From contig OZ024742.1 of NCBI GenBank assembly GCA_964016885.1, positions 241,118,001 to 241,182,000 on the forward strand: DNA of 64,000 bases, written 5' to 3'. This document shows, in pieces, positions 1 to 12,700 of this stretch. Source of the DNA: Eledone cirrhosa. Taxonomy: Eukaryota. Positions within the stretch are counted from its first letter, which is position 1; the number at the start of each line of letters is the position of its first letter. Below the pieces are notes generated by a model, which did not search any database, had not been told where the DNA came from, and saw nothing but the letters and a program-made list of their open reading frames with translations. A program made the translations under genes and the position numbers.

Positions 1-995
1 GTTCAGTGGAGTGTCAGGAAAAGACACAATATGTGTAACGGGAAGAGAAAAACACAGAAGACCGAGTCTGTTTCGATGGAGACATATTTGGATAGCTAGT
101 TTAGAAGAAAATATGTCACTGTTATAACGATAGAAGAGATAAGAGAAGACATAGCATATAAATGGGTTAGAAATTGGAAATTAAGCTTTGGCAACCATTG
201 CAATGTCTTTTTTTATTCGGTGTATTTGTAGGAGGATATTGTGTAGCAAGAGCACTGTCCCATAAACACGATAAATACTCTAGTGTGTATCTTATTTGAG
301 TTTTGTAGATATATAACGTTAAAGATGTGAATTATTTCTGATGTGTATTTATTGGCGTGGGCGTTGAAATGAATCTCCTTCTAAAGACCTTTAGGAAAAA
401 GTTAACCGTGCAAATATTTAGATGTGTTTATATGCCAAGTGTAGTCAGCTCAAGGCATTTTCAATGGTATTGGTCGATAACCAGAAAAGCAAAAACAAAA
501 TTCCTTAATGCACATCTGTGCCCAGCCTGGCCAACTATATACTACTATTATTTGGCTTGATTTGGCAGAGGTCACAACTACCTTTAATTGACTCTTTTCA
601 CGGGCCAAATACTTTAATTGTTTAATTAATGAAAAATTAGTGCTAGTTTTTGCCTCCACTGGCTGATATCTTCCAAAGAAGCTATGCTTGTGAGCATTTC
701 AATACAAACATAAATGTATATACACATACATGCACACACGCACACACACTCACACAAATACAAACGCCTACACGCATATATTTATATATATAATAAAAGG
801 TTGTAGTTTGCTTGAAGCATTGCATATAATATATAACGTTGAAAGAGATAGAAGGCTAAACAATGCAAAATGAACTGTAAGATGAGGTAACGAACAGTAA
901 CAGTTACCTGGTAATCTTTGTTTTGTTTTGTTGTTGTTGTTCCAATTTCGTGACCTTAAAAGTCCCTTAATCAGGATTTAAGGAACCTTCAGTGG

Positions 996-1050
<55 letters not shown>

Positions 1051-1449
1051 TCCACAGTATTGTGTTTGTAAGCATTTCTACTAAGACAAAATTGTACGAA
1101 CATATTCAAAATACGACATCTTGGCTTGAGTAAATATATAACATTACTCAGAGATGCCTAATGAGAGGCACTCCTCGGGGAAAGACGGTTAGTGGTGAGA
1201 GACCAGTTGATAGGAAAATATAGAGTAATTCTCAAAATACAATTCAAGGACACCAAAATCAGAATAAACGACTTGGTGCATTATAAATACGGAGAATATA
1301 CGGATTTATGGATACGAAAAGTTTAAAGATAAAGCGAACATTGACTGGAATTGGTTGCCGAATGTAGAAGTGCGAATTATAGGTAAAGTCCAGCCAACAG
1401 TCATCCAAAAAGTTTCTGTTCTCCAAATTTCACTTAAAACCCCCTTCAG

Positions 1450-1758
1450 TCACGAATGACCATGGTATTTGCACCTACAAAGTTTCCCTCCGAGGCACAA
1501 GTCGGGGCAAGGTTGTTTATGGTAGACTAGCAGTCATTCATGCATGCCAGCCTCCCCTCTCCACGCCACCGATGATGTCGAAGGAAAAGGCAATGGCCAA
1601 TACACCTTGGCACCAGTGACGTCGCAACTCATTTCTACAGCTGAGTAAACTGGAGCAAGGTGAAATAAATTGTCTTGCTTAAGGACACAACGCATCACCC
1701 GGTCCGAGAATAGAACTCACAACCTTTCGTTTGCAAACCCAATGCTCTAACCACTAAC
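1450..1758 (-). mobile_element. tRNA-derived CORE-type SINE (octopus OR1/OR2-like)
   Basis: Minus strand reads TAGTGGTTAGAGC (A box-like) ... GTGAGTTCTATTC (B box-like), then TTGTGTCCTTAAGCAAGACA..TTCACCTTGCTCCAGTTTACTCAGCTGTAGAAATG, a CORE-like domain. A related copy lies at about 56850-57130. Family name is from recall, not a search. Confidence 0.65.
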
Positions 1759-4700
1759 TCCAAATTTCCCTTAAAGTGACACGCCCAAGATACCACGCAG
1801 TGAGACCGAACCCGAAGCCCCATTGTCAATATAAAACAACAAAGAACAAATTAAATATAATCTTGATTTCTGACACCGGCACAAGATCAGACGTTTGCCT
1901 GGGATAATATTTCTGATTAAATCTAACATCCAGTATAATGTTCGTCATGTTGTTTTGATCGAGAACAATGAGACAAAATTTCGATCCCGGTGATATTCGG
2001 AACGAATATGGATTTGTTATTAAATACCGTATTATATTTTACCCAGCGTTTCTACATATTGTGATATACATTTTGTTGTTGTTGTTATTGTTTTGGATGT
2101 TGCTCGTTGTCGAGCTTAGAGTGCATTGCGAGGACGAGTCTTTCAGTTGTCGTAGCACTGATTTTCATACCAGCTGTGTAGCACTCGGCAGCAAATCTAT
2201 CAAATGATATCCATCGACCTCAGAAATAAATGTTAATTTTTTTATATTAGTACCAGACCAGAAATGTTTAGAGGATAACATAGTTGAATCATTCAATCTC
2301 GGTATATGAATGATATTGATTTTGACGACCTGGGAATAAAGGAAAGATGAAAGGCAATGTTTATTTCGATGCGATTTGAATTTAGAACGTAATTAATCTG
2401 AACAAAATAGCAGAAAATTACCGAATCCGCTACATCACCGCCATCACCATAGGAAAATATGTGGTTTTAACATTGACACAAGGCTACACGTTTTGAGGGG
2501 GAGATTATATTTCATCCAAGCATTTGACTTTTTCTTTATTTTACGACATCGAAAAATATGTAAGATAAAGTCGACTTCGGTTGTATTTGAACACAAAGCG
2601 TAAACGTCCGTAACTATATACCGAAAGTATTTTTTTTTCTGGCGCACTAACGATTTTTCCAATCCGCCATTGAATATTGACATCACGTTTAATGTTGTAA
2701 ATATATTGGTTGGGAACTGTGTGACCTAAACTAACAATGAATAACATCAGCAGTAGCATTAGTATCAGCAATATCAATAGTTTTACTTCACCACTTTTCT
2801 CTACTATCTGATACAACAACTAATGAGAGTAACAGTTATAATAATAGCAGTAGTATTTTTCTGAACAAGTACACATTTCATGGGAGCAAGGTCTGTTTAG
2901 CGTCTCGAAACACGAAGGAACAGTAGCTTTTCTTAAAGAAAGTTATTTTCTTATTTTCGTGTGAGAGATGGATGCAATGACAGTGGGAGTTCGGCTCTTC
3001 CACGTTCGGACCATATCCCTGTGGTTGTGACCACTACCTATAGCTGTATCATGTTACTGTAGACAAATTTCACTTCGATGTTTCAGCATTGAGTTCGAAT
3101 CCTTTTTACTTGATCTCCTGTTAACCATGATACATTATTAGGTCGTTGTCTTTAAGTAGACGCTATCATCAGCAAACTACAACAGAACAACCAACAGTTT
3201 AACCCACTGACTATTTTTCAACTATTGGAAATCCTTGGGTAATTTAAAATGAAAAAGAAGGTGAGGCCAAAAAGAAAGTTTTGTTGTAAATTACTTCTTG
3301 TTATTCATGCTTTTCTCAAAGGCAGCAGTGAAAGAGAAGTGGACTTGTATCAGCTAATGGCACAACTAGGTCTCAACTTATCTTCCAAAAGTCGACATAT
3401 TACTCAGCTCATCAAATAGCATAGGAGATATATTCTAAATACGAATAGTTTACATTGGTAGTAGATTTTAAGTTTATAGAAGAAATAAAATTAGGTTGTG
3501 TGATGTTTATCCATTTTCCGTGGTCACAAGAAAAGTAACACAAGAGAAGTAAAACAACTTCAACTTGGAATAAGTTGTAGACATTAAAAAATAAAACAAA
3601 ATGATACAAACAAAAATATTCCGCTTGAATAAACGTAAAAGACCGCCACTAAAAGGTTGCAGTCGGTTTTTGACTTGTAGATAAAAATAATTATAAAATA
3701 CTTTAAAATGTGTTTTAAATGGAGTTGTAAGGAAGCGTTAAATGTAAACAGAAAGATTGGTTTTGAGCATTTTTCATCATCATGTTTTTATTATCTATTC
3801 TCTTTTTTCTTACTGAATAGTTTCTCCTTTCTTGGTGAATTTCCTTTATTGGCTAGACAACAAACTAGAACTGCAAATGGTGGAAATTTAATATTGAAGT
3901 TATTGATTTATCAATGTACTGTTGATTTGTTTTTGTTATTTATAGGTAGTTTTGTTTCACTAAACATTTTTGGCGTAAGACCAATCAGTAAAAATAAAAT
4001 TTTAGTAATTTCCAAGTATTGAACTTCATGTGATTCGGAAATGAAAAATGACTAGCAATTTTGTGAGCATGCGCATTTTAGTATTAATTTATATTTTTTA
4101 AGTTCAAAACTCAACATTTAAGTAATCTTTTACAAGGACTGCAATTACTTTTTCTAATGGAAAATTTGCATCATGGAGCAATTGAAAATCCTGAAAGACT
4201 AGATTATTTTAACACGAAATAAGCCTGTTTGATTTTATTTTATGTCTTTCCACGTTGATAAAACTAGTTTTCATAATGTGTTCAACTTTAGCACTAATAC
4301 TACATAAATTCAACGAATATATTGATTTAATTTCAGCGAGGGCATAGGTCTCAGATTTACAATAGAGACGGAGGTGTGGTGGCAGCAAAAATATTAAGGG
4401 TGTTAGTGAAACAGATTCAAATGAGAATTGAAATCGAGCCATGTGGTTGATTCGTCTGGAACTTAGTTTTATTCCAAGGCACATCTCGAACAAAACATCA
4501 TTTTCTTACGTACTAATAAAACCTAATTCTTTTAGGAGGGAGTGAGATATAGTGGATAGTGATATATTATCACCAACAATGAAAAGAATTAAGGAAGGAA
4601 TTAAATTGAAATATTACAGCGGAAATCTAAATATTATAAGGCATTTATTAATATTAGTTGAAATCAAGCTTTATGAACTCAATTTCTCTTTTTTTTATTA

Positions 4701-6324
4701 TCTTCCAAAAGAAAGTTATCTAAATCTAGAAGGTTTTTTTCTTAAAAGTAGGAAACTACGACGTACGGGATGTAAACATCCTCGAGAAAAAAAGTAGTTG
4801 ATACCACGGATGGGTGATAGGAGGGCTGCTACCAAGTACGAAACGAGCTGGTCAATCTAAAGGGTGACCTAAGTGCTTAGAATTTTCAGAGGTCAGGACG
4901 CTACACTACTACAGTTCTATCATTGTTGGTTGGCTTCACGATGATGTCTCGGTGGTAAAATCAGCAGAGTTCAGCAAGTTCCGTCTGGTAAATACTTAAG
5001 CGATTTAAAAGCTTTCAGAAACTGAAGTACTTTCAGAAACTGAAGAAACTGAAGCTCGCAGTCTTGAATTTCACGGCTCGAAAGTACAAGGAAATGAGCA
5101 GTTTGACCGATTACACCATCCCAAATTACTAGAATAAATCATCATCATCATATCGTCATCGCCATCGTCATCATTTTTATTATTTTTATTGAAATTACTT
5201 GGTATTAATATTGTGAACGGTATAACTACGCCTTTAGATCGAAACACAGCGTATCGTATATGATCAGAGGCATTCTTGTCCTTTCTCAGTTTACGCTCCT
5301 TTCATATTGTTCATAACTGTAATCAATTTCTGTCGAGGGCTTTAATGATGATACTAGCTGGTCCAATGAAACAACATTTTTGCACAGCATGCACACCCAG
5401 ATTAAGTTCTAACTTTCTAAGGATTACTTCTTTGTCATGGTTATCAAGACTCCAATGATAATTGATAAAATCATGACTTTGTCAAAATCCTTTTCCCAGC
5501 ACTTGAGAATTTTATAATCAAGTCAGAGGAATATTCTACTTTTGTTCACCTTTTTCTTTTACAATGGTATCAAATAGGCATTCCACGTCAATGACTCGGC
5601 AAACTCTCTTCTTATCAACGGGGAAAAGAAAGTGCAAAAATGTCTCCCTTAATGAAGAAATTTTCTACCTCAAAATATTTGATTTTGAATTTTTTTTTTA
5701 CGGAGATGAAAAAAAAAAAAAAAAAATTAAACCACTGTAAAAGTGACAACTTTGAAAACACCAGTAACATTGTATTGCAGCAGAGTAGTAAAGCGGAAAT
5801 CTGTAATAATAACAGTGTCAACAACAGTAGTAATAACAGTGTCAGCAACAGCAACACCAACAACAGTGTCAGCAATAGCAACACCAACAAATATAAAATG
5901 AAAGAAAAGTAATAAAATGGAAAAGAGAAAATAAAATAATATTCAACATCAACAAGACCCCCATAAAAAGACTGAGAATGTCAGCAAAAGGTTGAAGGGA
6001 ACAAGTGTCATCTGTACTACCAACAAAAAAATATAAAATAATAACAACGAATATAACAACAACAGCAATAACAATAAGAACAAATAAGAAAGTATTAACA
6101 ATTAGATGCCGGCATTGCTGTGTGTTTAAAGAGTTTGTTTTGCAGCCAGGTGGTTTTCGAATTTGTTATTGGCAACGATCATTATGGAAAAATAGGTCCT
6201 AACTGACGGAATCTCTTGATATCCTTGGAGCCTCATGGATAATGCAACGGTTAAACATTTCCATAAGTGCAAGCGAAATTGTCGACAGTCGGGACTAGAG
6301 GAATAATTATCTATTATTTCTTCA

Positions 6325-6434
6325 AACTCCCGCCGAGGTTGACTTTGCCTTTCATCCTTACGGGGTCGATAAAATAAAGTACCAGTAATGCACTGGGTAA
6401 TTGCTGGCCTTGTGCCTAAAGTAGAAACAATTAT
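6325..6434 (+). mobile_element. 5'-truncated Nin/Deu-domain-like tRNA SINE with target-site duplication
   Basis: Contains GCCTTTCATCCTTACGGGGTCGATAAAATAAAGTACCAG and the 3' end GCTGGCCTTGTGCC..AAGTAGAAACAATTAT. ATTATTTCTTCAAACTCC is duplicated on both sides (about 6313 and 6430). Confidence 0.75.
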
Positions 6435-7563
6435 TTCTTCAAACTCCGTTTAATTGATTATTTATTTAGTTAATTTCTCCGGACTAAGAAGAAAAATTAG
6501 GTAAACTTTATCTGACTGTTCTTCAAACTTATAATTTCAATATAGCTCTGATTGATAATTATTTATTTAATTAATTCATTCATTGAGTCACACCGTTGAA
6601 GGTAGCCTACACTCATATATGTATCTATGATTATATTTAAATACATGTGTTCATTATGACTGTGATACACACACACACACATATATATATATTTATGTAT
6701 ATGTATGTATGTACATATATATGTATATATATTCGTGTATGTCTGTATGTGTGTGTCTGTGTTTTACGTTCACATCTCGCACCAACCACTTTTTAAAATA
6801 TTTAATTCATAGAGCATCAATCATTTAGAATGTCTTATCATCCAAGTTTTTCCTTCGAATATCGACTTACATATTTTCAAGCTGAACATTAACCACATAA
6901 ATCCATCTCACTCACCTGGAAATGCCTTCAAGGGACATGGACTCTGCTTGTTCTTCATAATTAAACATGAAAGAAACAAAAACTGATTGAGAGGTTAGTG
7001 ATGTGTATCCTGTCCGAGGTGCTGATATTTTTCCTAAATGTTCCAGGTCACCTACCTTCTAACAGGTACCGCGGGATCAGTGAATGTACTGCAACATTGA
7101 ATAATAGCTCGTCTGTTTGCTGTGACAAGATAAATCTTCTCGAAAAAACATGAAAAAACTGACAGGAATCCCTGTAGTGACAATCCGTTCCGCTGTGATC
7201 CTCTGTAATCAAAATTAACCTACTACTTTTCAATTCATAGACTGTGCTGCATGAGATATGGAGTACATGAGTAGATGTTATAAGACTAATAACATTAATG
7301 TTAGGAAAGAAACCATCCACCACCAGACTGCGAAGTGCGGCAAACGTATTGACGCTGAATTACGTTTCAATCTTTTAGTGATGATAAGGATAAATTAAGA
7401 TGAAGTTTATGGCAACGATAGGGACGATAATCTTGGTGGAGATAAAGATATAAATGACAATGATGAAGTGGATGAATGGTGTTTATAATGGACACAGGTG
7501 TGTCACAGTGGTTATGAAGCGTGCTCTGATAGGCAGAAAATGCGCAAGCTCGTCATAGCTGTA

Positions 7564-7637
<74 letters not shown>
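7564..7637 (+). repeat. (TATC)n microsatellite, 5' flank of the Tx1 array
   Basis: Perfect TATC run directly abutting element 1, with no element 3' end upstream of it. Confidence 0.95.
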
Positions 7638-7855
7638 CGATGGACACATGTGCTGAGCTCGCTCGGTAAGTTTTTGTTTATATTCATACGGAAATTGTAA
7701 ACTGTAAACTTTCATTTTTGTATCATTTTGTAGAGGGACTGCCAGGTCAAATTTTGATCTGGTCGGTCTCTCAAAATATTCTGCGCCTTTGGGCGAAATA
7801 GTATTGTGAACATTTTATCTTTCGAAAAACTTCGAAAAACCCTATTTTGAGAAAA

Positions 7856-8032
7856 ATGGCTGAATCATCTTCACCATCAATCAAAGAAGGAAAGGGGAAG
7901 TCATACTCACAGCTTCCCCCTGCCACTGTCACAGCAGCAGATGCCAAAGGCAGAGGTCAGAGAGAGGAAGAATTGTCTTCACCTGTTGACCGACCACTAG
8001 ATGTAGCCACAACTACACAAGAATTTGAAAAC

Positions 8033-8063
<31 letters not shown>

Positions 8064-9745
8064 GCAACAATAAAGACAACAAAAACAACAACAACACAAA
8101 CGTCACAAGTATCCACACACGAAACGAGAAAGACAACAACAACAACAAAGATGAAAACAACTCAAACGACGAGAAACAAAACAATACTAATATCCAAAAC
8201 GAAAACAAAATATCTTTTGCACAAACGGCTAAATTATCAGTCGCTTATGTGCTGGAAGATATTTCAAAAGCAAAAGAAATGCTGGAAAAAGCCAAGAAAT
8301 ATGTGTCTTTTGGCGAAAACGGATCGTTTTCTATACATTCACCTCCGGAGCTAAAAAGACAGACGGAATTACGAACTGTCGTATTCCGAACAATTTTAAA
8401 TAAAACAAAGAAACCAGCGCAACCATCTCAAGCGGAAACTCAGTTAGTCTTGAAAGACGCGGTGAGAGACATCACTTTCATACAAAAGGATAAACTCTAT
8501 GGGAGTTTATCCATATTGATGAAAGACGAATTGGCGGCAAAAAAATACTCTGTGTCGCCAATTCGGTCCACACACTACACCTTCTTCCCTACCTACATGG
8601 GTAAAAAAACCCAGAGGATATGGATAACCACCATCACCCCAAACATAAACTACTGGTGGTTACTAACCGGTTTCCTCAATTTAGACGAGGACAACCTCAT
8701 CTCAATAGGGAAGGCATCCGGCGACGCGTTCAGTGGAACGAGCATCGAAGTTCTGACCCAAATAAGGCCAGAACGCATCGCCCAAATCCCTGAGCGCGTC
8801 ATGCTGGATGACCGTACCCACCTCAACATTATTGTGGAGGGTAGGCGTCCCTCCTGTTACCTCTGTGGCAATAGAGGTCACCTGAGGGCTGCCTGTCCCC
8901 AGCTCACACAGAAAAAAACACTGCTACCAACACCAACACCACCCCAACTACAACAACAAAAACAACCACAACAACAACAAAAACCAACAACCCCACCACC
9001 ACCACCACAACAACAACAACAACAAACACGTGAAAAAATAACACAGAATACTGTCCCACCCAATCCCTCCCCACCCAAAACAAATACAAAAACACGCACA
9101 CCGCAAACACTACCAGAAAACATACCCCTCCCACCCAACAAGGAAGACGAACCTCTTTCGTCGCAAGACGAAAAAGATCCCTTCCAACAAGTAAAAAGAA
9201 AGAAGAGGAGACGCACCACAGACACACATGTTAACTTTAATCCCCCCCAAGAGAACACAAACTACACACAAACCACCCCTCCCTGTCACACAACACTAAC
9301 TGCTACACAAAAAAAGACATTACAATACACATACATGAACACAGACAACAAAGAATTACGGAAAACAATTTCAGCAAACCCTTCGGTCCAAACCGAAGGG
9401 CCAAACTTTATAACTGCTGTGGGACTACCTCATTTGAAAATGATAAAAGTCCCAATGCACTTGTACAAAACACTGAAAATAAATTTCACGGAGGACGTGG
9501 GCCCCCCCTGCGCCAAACCAATCAACCGCGTCCTCCTAAAAAATTTCACCCCCCCCCACCTCACCCAGACACCCACTCAACGACAAACACCCCAACCCCA
9601 CAACACACCGATGCCCCTTCACTTCCACAAACCACAACCCCACCCAACAACCCATCCCCAACCAGCATGGAAATTGAGCGGCCCGTTTCCCGGGACGCAG
9701 AGAGGTAAGTGCCTTTTCTCTTTACCACCAACATGGCTGTGCTAA
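7856..9745 (+). CDS. Tx1-type ORF1 (gag-like nucleic-acid-binding protein, CCHC zinc knuckle)
   Basis: ATG at 7856, Asn-rich N-terminus, SFA motif, CYLCGNRGHLRAAC knuckle, Pro/Gln/Thr-rich tail with basic KRKKRRR. Homologous segments occur in copies 2 and 3. The true C-terminus is probably MEIERPVSRDAER* ending at 9708, after a 1-nt indel in the C-run near 9550. Confidence 0.85.
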
Positions 9746-12700
9746 GAGTAGGGTGTCTAAATGCGCGTGGCCTGGGCTCGTCTTGGAAGCAAGCAATGCT
9801 TCTAAATGACCTCAGGTCACAATCTATAAATGTGATGGTTATCTGCGAGGCCCGGATCAGCAGCATGCGACAGCTAGCCCCCACCTTTGACGACTTTGAG
9901 ATGCACGCATCTCTCTGTCAGCCCGGAGGTGGGGGTGGGGTTATCGTTCTGCTGCAAAAACATATGGGCCTTGCAACACAGATAGTTCACTTGGACCCAG
10001 GGGGTCGACTGGTGGTGCTGGACCTTGGCAGTGGTGAAGGTAGAGCCTTTAGGCTGATAGCCGCATATGCCCCTTTTGGGACAGAGCGGCCCGACTTTTT
10101 CCAGCGTCTGGAGTCTTTTCTAGGGACGTCCCGTTCCCTGCTTTTAGTGGGGGATTGGAATGGTATCCTGGATGCACGTTGGGACTATGCAGGGGCATGT
10201 CCCAATAGAGAGGGGTGCAACAGCCTCAAGGGGTTACTCGGCCGATTTGACCTGGCCGATAGATTTCGACTAGATTTTCCGACGGTGCCAACCTGGTCTT
10301 GGTCAAATCGCAGCGGATCATCTAGATCGTACCTAGATAGATTTTTAGTTAGAAATAAGGACAGGGACTTTTTAAGTTGTCCAGAAATGCTCATGGTTGG
10401 CTATTCAGACCACAAGTTGGTGACCTGCATGGTCAACCTTGATAGAACGCATAGACAGGGCCCCGGTTACTGGAAGCTCAACTTGTCCTTGCCGGCAAGT
10501 AGAGCCTACAGGAATCGGATTAGTACGTTAGTTAAGGAACGGTTGACTGGAGCGATCGTCAACAGCAGGTGGTGGGTATCTCTAAAGAGAGAGATTAGAG
10601 TAGTCTCGATTGAATTTAGTAAGGTTCTAGCTGCGGATAGGAATAGGAAGGAAAGGGAGCTAATAGATAGAGTAGAAGAGGCAATGAGAAGCGGCGACGT
10701 GGCCAGAGTGCTAGCGTCGAGAACGGCTTTGAGCCAGTTTTTCGACGCGAAGCACGAAGGCTGCGTTGTCCGAAGTAAAATACGTGCTCTAGGGAACGAG
10801 GGGGCCAAAGCTGTTAGCTGGGCCCGCGTGACAGAGGCCAACAGTGGAACTAAATCCACCATCCGGTCTTTGCGAGACCTGGATGGACGGGCGATTCTTG
10901 AGCCTAAGCAGATGTGTGAGGCCTTTCAAAGGCACTTTGCCCGACTGTTCGGGAGGGGCGGGGAGCCGGTTGGAAACGTGGACTTCGGTCCATACCTCGA
11001 CGGCCTGCCGCGCCTCTCGGACAGGGAGGCGAAGTCTTGCGAGGAGCCGATTTCGGCCGCTGAGATAGAGGACGTGCTGGGCCAATGCGGCAAACGCAAA
11101 TCCCCGGGTCTCGATGGTCTTCCTTACGAATTATATCTAGCTATGCCGGACTTGTTCCCCGATCTCCTCGAGGCGGTCTACTGCAACTGGCAACAGAACG
11201 GGAGAATTCCCTGTACTGTGACCAAGGGCGTAGTCACGCTAGTGAGGAAGGACGAGAACAAGGGGGACGAAATAAGTAACTTCAGGCCCATAACTCTGCT
11301 AAATACAGAGTTAAAGATTTTGGCCAAGGTGCTAGCAAAGAGGTTGGCGCTTGTCGTGGGCAACCTGGTGGGAGATGCGCAGACATGCGCTATCCCGTCC
11401 AGGTCCATCCATGACAACCTCCACCTCATGCGATACATCATAGAGAGGGTTGGGAACGAACCCGGCTTTGGTGGGGCTCTGATCAACTTGGATCAATCTA
11501 AGGCGTTCGATAGGGTCGACCATGGTTACCTGGATGCGGTGCTAGCGGCGGCAGGCTTCGGACCCGTTTTCAGGGGCTGGATCACTGCTATGCACAGCAG
11601 CCGCATCTGCTCTAGGGTCAAGGTGAACGGCTACCTCTCGGAGCCGTTCAAAATCGCGCGGTCCATCCGACAAGGGTGCCCTCTCTCCTCCCTTCTGTAT
11701 GTGTTGACTCTCGAGCCACTACTGCGGAAGTTGGAGTTGTTGCAGGGCATCCCTTTGGAACCGGGATTGCGGAAAGCGGTGTCAGCCTACGCCGATGATG
11801 TGACAGTAATGGTGTCGACGGCCTCCGAAATCGAGGCGGTCGGCACCTTACTGGAGGAGTACGAAAAGTTCACAGGGGCTAAGCTGAACCGGGACAAGTC
11901 GATCGGTTTGCAACTCGGCACGTGGAGGGGCAGACCGATGCCCTCCGATGGCGTCGTCGGACGCTGGACGGAGGGCCCGGTGAAGTTGCTCGGGGTCTGG
12001 TTCGGACCGGACCTCCAGGTGGAGAAAAACTGGGCGGAGGTTACGAACAGGGTGTTTGCACTGAGCCAGAAGTGGGCCAGTTGCAAACTATCCCTGAAAG
12101 GTCGGGCGGAGGTGGCGAACACTTATATAGCGTCCGTCATCTACTACCGCCTGACCGTAGTGCCCTGCCCAAGGAACACCCTCACCAAGATGGAGCGCGC
12201 GCTCTTCCAATTCCTTTGGAAGGGGCGGGCTCCTATGGTGAGGAGATCCATCTGCTGTCAACACCCTTCGAAAGGAGGGCTGGGGATGCCGTGGCTAATG
12301 ATGCGTAAACACGCATTAAGGCTACGGCACCTCTACGTATTCCTCACCGGACAACCGGTGTGGGCCTCGTTTGTGAGACGAACCTTTCCCAGACTCGTCT
12401 CACTCACCGAACTGCAATCCTGGGTCAAGCAGAGACCGAGAAAACTGGGCGCCTGGCACACTGAGTGTGCCCAGGCGCTCACCGCCCTCTGGCAGGCGGA
12501 TCCGGTTATCAGTGGAGACTCCACCGCAACATTCTATAGAGGGCTGGTACGCAGCAGGTGCGACGACGCCCTCGGAGAAGCCCTAGACATGGAGGAGGAC
12601 GAACTGGCCAGCCTGTTCGGTAGGACATTCAGCCCGGGACCTATGGACAACTTCCAGAAGTCCCTGGCCTGGCAGTGCTACCGAGGGGCTTTACCCGTTC

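Noticed and set aside
940-1000. Hairpin next to (TA)n reading CCA-CTGAAGG..GAAA-TTGG on the minus strand; possible HHR or SECIS
   Set aside because: The core lacks A9 and there is no stem III/NUH, so it cannot be supported beyond a generic stem-loop.
3140-3420. Exon-like segments with AG/GT boundaries (GSSEREVDLYQLMAQLG..)
   Set aside because: The upstream segment has stops in all frames checked and there is no recognisable homology.
5615-6100. Asn/Ser-rich ORF resembling a Tx1 ORF1 N-terminus
   Set aside because: Only low-complexity AAC repeats; no knuckle or downstream ORF2.
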